Assembly: GCA_965223545.1 (NCBI GenBank)
Contig: OZ245006.1
Coordinates: forward strand, 5,120,001 to 5,184,000
Source: Planctomycetota bacterium
GTDB taxonomy: Bacteria; Planctomycetota; UBA1135; UBA2386
Reading direction: 5' to 3'
Length of the DNA: 64,000 nucleotides
This document shows positions 63,302 to 64,000 of the stretch, piece by piece. The first letter of the stretch is position 1. Each line of letters begins with the position of its first letter. A program made the position numbers and the translations under genes. The notes beneath the pieces were generated by a model. The model ran no database searches, had not been told where the DNA came from, and saw nothing but the letters and a program-made list of their open reading frames with translations.

Positions 63302-64000
63302 CTACCAGTCGTCGCGGAATCGGAGGACGCGGTCGCGCATGGCGTGGTAGACCGCGGTGGTCGCGCGCACGTCGTGGGCGTTGTACTCGCAGATGCGCTG
63401 CAGCTGGCCTGCCTCGTAGGCCGGTGCCACCATCGAGCCGTCCATCGATTCCTTCGGGCTCTCGATGCCCAGTGCCCAGCACAGCACGTCCAGGTTGGCG
63501 GGGCCGGCGATGCGCTCGCCGTGCGCCAGCACGCGGTGCAGGTCGAGGTGCGGGCGTAGGCCGAAGCGATTGCCCAGCAGGTCGACGCGCGCGGGGACGT
63601 CGAGGAGGAGGCTGCGCACGACCAGAAAGGGCACGTCGAAGCCGCGGCCGTTGAAGCTGACCACGGTCTCGGCCAGCGCCGCCAGCGACCACCACGCCTC
63701 GAGCAAGTCGCGCTCGGGCATGGGGCGAATCCACTCCGGCAGGTCGTCGCTTGCGGCGCCGTCGCGGGGGACCGCGAGCACGGTCACCGGTTGGTCTTTG
63801 GGGTCGAGGTCGCCGTTGCCCACCGCGATCGAAACGACCTTGCCGAACAGCGGCGAAAGCCCCATCAGCTTGGCCTCGTCCGAGTCGAAGCGCTCGGCGT
63901 GGCGCGCCAGCGCCTCGGCGACCGTCGTCGGCAGCGCGCGGCGGTGGGTCGCCGGCACGGTTTCGATGTCGAACACCAGCGTCGGACAGACGAGATCGCG
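63302..64000 (-). CDS. PolB-like 3'-5' exonuclease domain protein (5' end outside window)
   Basis: LVFDIETVP, SFNGRGFDVPFL, HLDL, LG..SPK..MDG..V, I.EYN..DV.AT. Confidence 0.85.
   Translation of the reverse strand, partial: RDLVCPTLVFDIETVPATHRRALPTTVAEALARHAERFDSDEAKLMGLSPLFGKVVSIAVGNGDLDPKDQPVTVLAVPRDGAASDDLPEWIRPMPERDLLEAWWSLAALAETVVSFNGRGFDVPFLVVRSLLLDVPARVDLLGNRFGLRPHLDLHRVLAHGERIAGPANLDVLCWALGIESPKESMDGSMVAPAYEAGQLQRICEYNAHDVRATTAVYHAMRDRVLRFRDDW

Overview
GC-rich bacterial window. The gene content (giant membrane-spanning ECF sigma factors, ELWxxDGT, Kelch and HEAT proteins, Trx-PDZ protein) suggests a Planctomycetota genome; this is an inference. It holds about 40 ordinary CDS (type II MetAP, kbl, thioesterase, YidC, RsfS, HppA, DedA, ABC ATPase, HDAC-family, a two-component pair, three GT4s, prolyl oligopeptidase, HD hydrolase) and four insertion sequences. 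The most notable signal is RNA-guided IS110 biology readable from the sequence. (1) Two apparently identical, inverted 1648-bp IS110 copies (42170-43817 and 59644-61291) each sit in the CAG loop of a CGGAGC-CAG-GCTCCG palindrome. A near-identical EMPTY palindrome lies at 57871-57903, and the structured non-coding left end carries segments matching both the donor junction (CAGGTCAG) and the target (GAGCCAG), as expected for a bridge RNA. (2) An unrelated IS110 (15821-17323) has a structured upstream non-coding region with a 9/9 match to its own right end, a TTGACA box at that end, and Thr where the catalytic Ser is expected. (3) An IS1634 with 21-bp IRs is inserted a few bases beyond the palindrome occupied by the second IS110 copy. 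I recognised no rRNA, tRNA or CRISPR array. All product calls come from motif recognition by eye, not database searches.
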